DNA of 62,907 bases, the filler included, from Piptocephalis cylindrospora (lineage: Eukaryota), in assembly GCA_003614145.1 (NCBI GenBank). It is 3 parts of 3 records of this genome, joined end to end, with 100 filler letters (N's around TTAATTAATTAA, not from the genome) between each part and the next. Parts side by side here need not be neighbours in the genome. Positions count along the whole stretch, not along the records: positions 42,086 to 62,907 come from KZ987813.1; 2 more parts are not named here. The stretch is one strand, 5' to 3'. The notes under the pieces were generated by a model. The model saw only the letters and a list, made by a program, of their open reading frames with translations. It was not told the DNA's origin and did no database searches. The translations under genes were made by a program, and so were the position numbers. This document shows, piece after piece, positions 61,733 to 62,907 of the stretch (position 1 is the first letter of the stretch; every line of letters begins with the position of its first letter).

Positions 61733-62907
61733 CTGGGACGACAGAGGACTTGGTGACTAGATTGGACTATTGTAGACCGAGTGCCTGAGAGAGAGAGAGA
61801 GAAAGAGAGAGAGGAAAGGAAGGCGATACGGAAGAAAAAGATGCTGATGATGATTGATTAGGGAGGAGCGAGATGGGATAATTGGGTGTAAGGAAAGGAG
61901 GAAGGAGATAGTGGTGAAGAAGACCCTGGGTAGAACTTGGTCAGCAGGGGGAAAGTTCCTAAATAAAACGACGCGCTCAAACGGCATGGGTAGTCGGGAG
62001 TTGGGTGGTGGTGGGCCTGAGAGATCATCCAGCAGAGCAAGAGACAGATCGTCCCACCCCCTAAAGGGGCAGAGCAGAGACCAGGGCGAGCCGCATGACT
62101 GGCGGTGCCAGACAACATATGTGTGAGTGTGAGTGTTGATTGTATGTGAAGACGGTGACAAATGGAAAGGCGACCAGAGAGTGACATGTCCACACACATG
62201 CTTCCACCTCGTTATTGGGATAGGACAAGCCTCAGGGGGTGGGAGAGTGGCAGTGTAGCATACTTGACAAGGTCGGGCCAGGATACGGAGGATGTCACCC
62301 GAATGCCTTGTCATCTAATGCCATGGATGCAATATCGTCTTGAATGATGGTCTCCAAGGACAAAGCACTAACATTGACGTGTCAAGGAGCATCCCGGGAT
62401 TGGAGATCGGTTATGCAGGGATACGCTTGCACCTGTCACTATCCCAGTAAAGAGTATATAGATGGTATCCTTGAAATCCTAGGAGCGTACACGGCTTTAA
62501 TGATGCATGAAAGCTCATATGTTCCCAGGAAAGGAACGTCAGGTGTTTTCATGATTTTCCAGGCAATTGTTCCCCTTTGCCATATATAAATCATAGGTTC
62601 ATGGGCTAATCAAACTCGGAGGGAAAGCCATGTAATGCTATGTTTGGAGAAAAGCGCCGCAAGACAGCACACCTCGCTTTGGTTGGAGGTTGTAGTAGTA
62701 AACAATGAAGTGTATTTGGGGAAATTACAATCTTGCCTTTTTCCTAAAAGTCTTCACAGCTTCATCTCAAAAAGATTCAGAACCTTTCCTCACGACATCG
62801 CTGCTTCTTCCATGGATCTTCCGATCCCTCCTATCTCCTCCTGTATCCTCCTCCCATTTCTCCTCCCATTTCTCCATCGTCCCCCTTTCAATGACCGCCC
62901 TCCTTTT

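Noticed and set aside
1..62907. CRISPR arrays, prokaryotic operons or defence systems
   Set aside because: The sequence is eukaryotic with spliceosomal introns, and no regularly spaced repeat-spacer arrays were seen.

Overview
Gene-dense, intron-containing eukaryotic (fungal-type) scaffold window with short GT-AG introns and two assembly gaps. The gene content and style suggest an early-diverging fungus, possibly Zoopagomycota; this is inference only. Housekeeping genes: mitochondrial tRNA 2-thiouridylase, tricalbin, RAD50, calcipressin, an ABCB/MDR transporter, LSM3, CBR1, ERB1, NAC-alpha, an E3BP/PDX1-like gene, CTK3, cytosolic MetRS, MMS19, a pinin-domain gene and lipin. Between them lie a membrane-type UDP-glycosyltransferase, four intronless signal-peptide orphan genes and an AT-rich transposon graveyard (a Merlin/IS1595-like transposase split by a solo LTR, plus a Tc1 remnant). 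Most notable: (1) two, perhaps three, of the secreted orphans share collinear motifs and look like an unnamed effector-like family; (2) MetRS has an in-frame TAG inside a conserved C-terminal segment; (3) the E3BP-like protein has no lipoyl domain; (4) a candidate structured Pol III ncRNA lies at about 160-372. All calls come from reading motifs by eye; no database searches were run.
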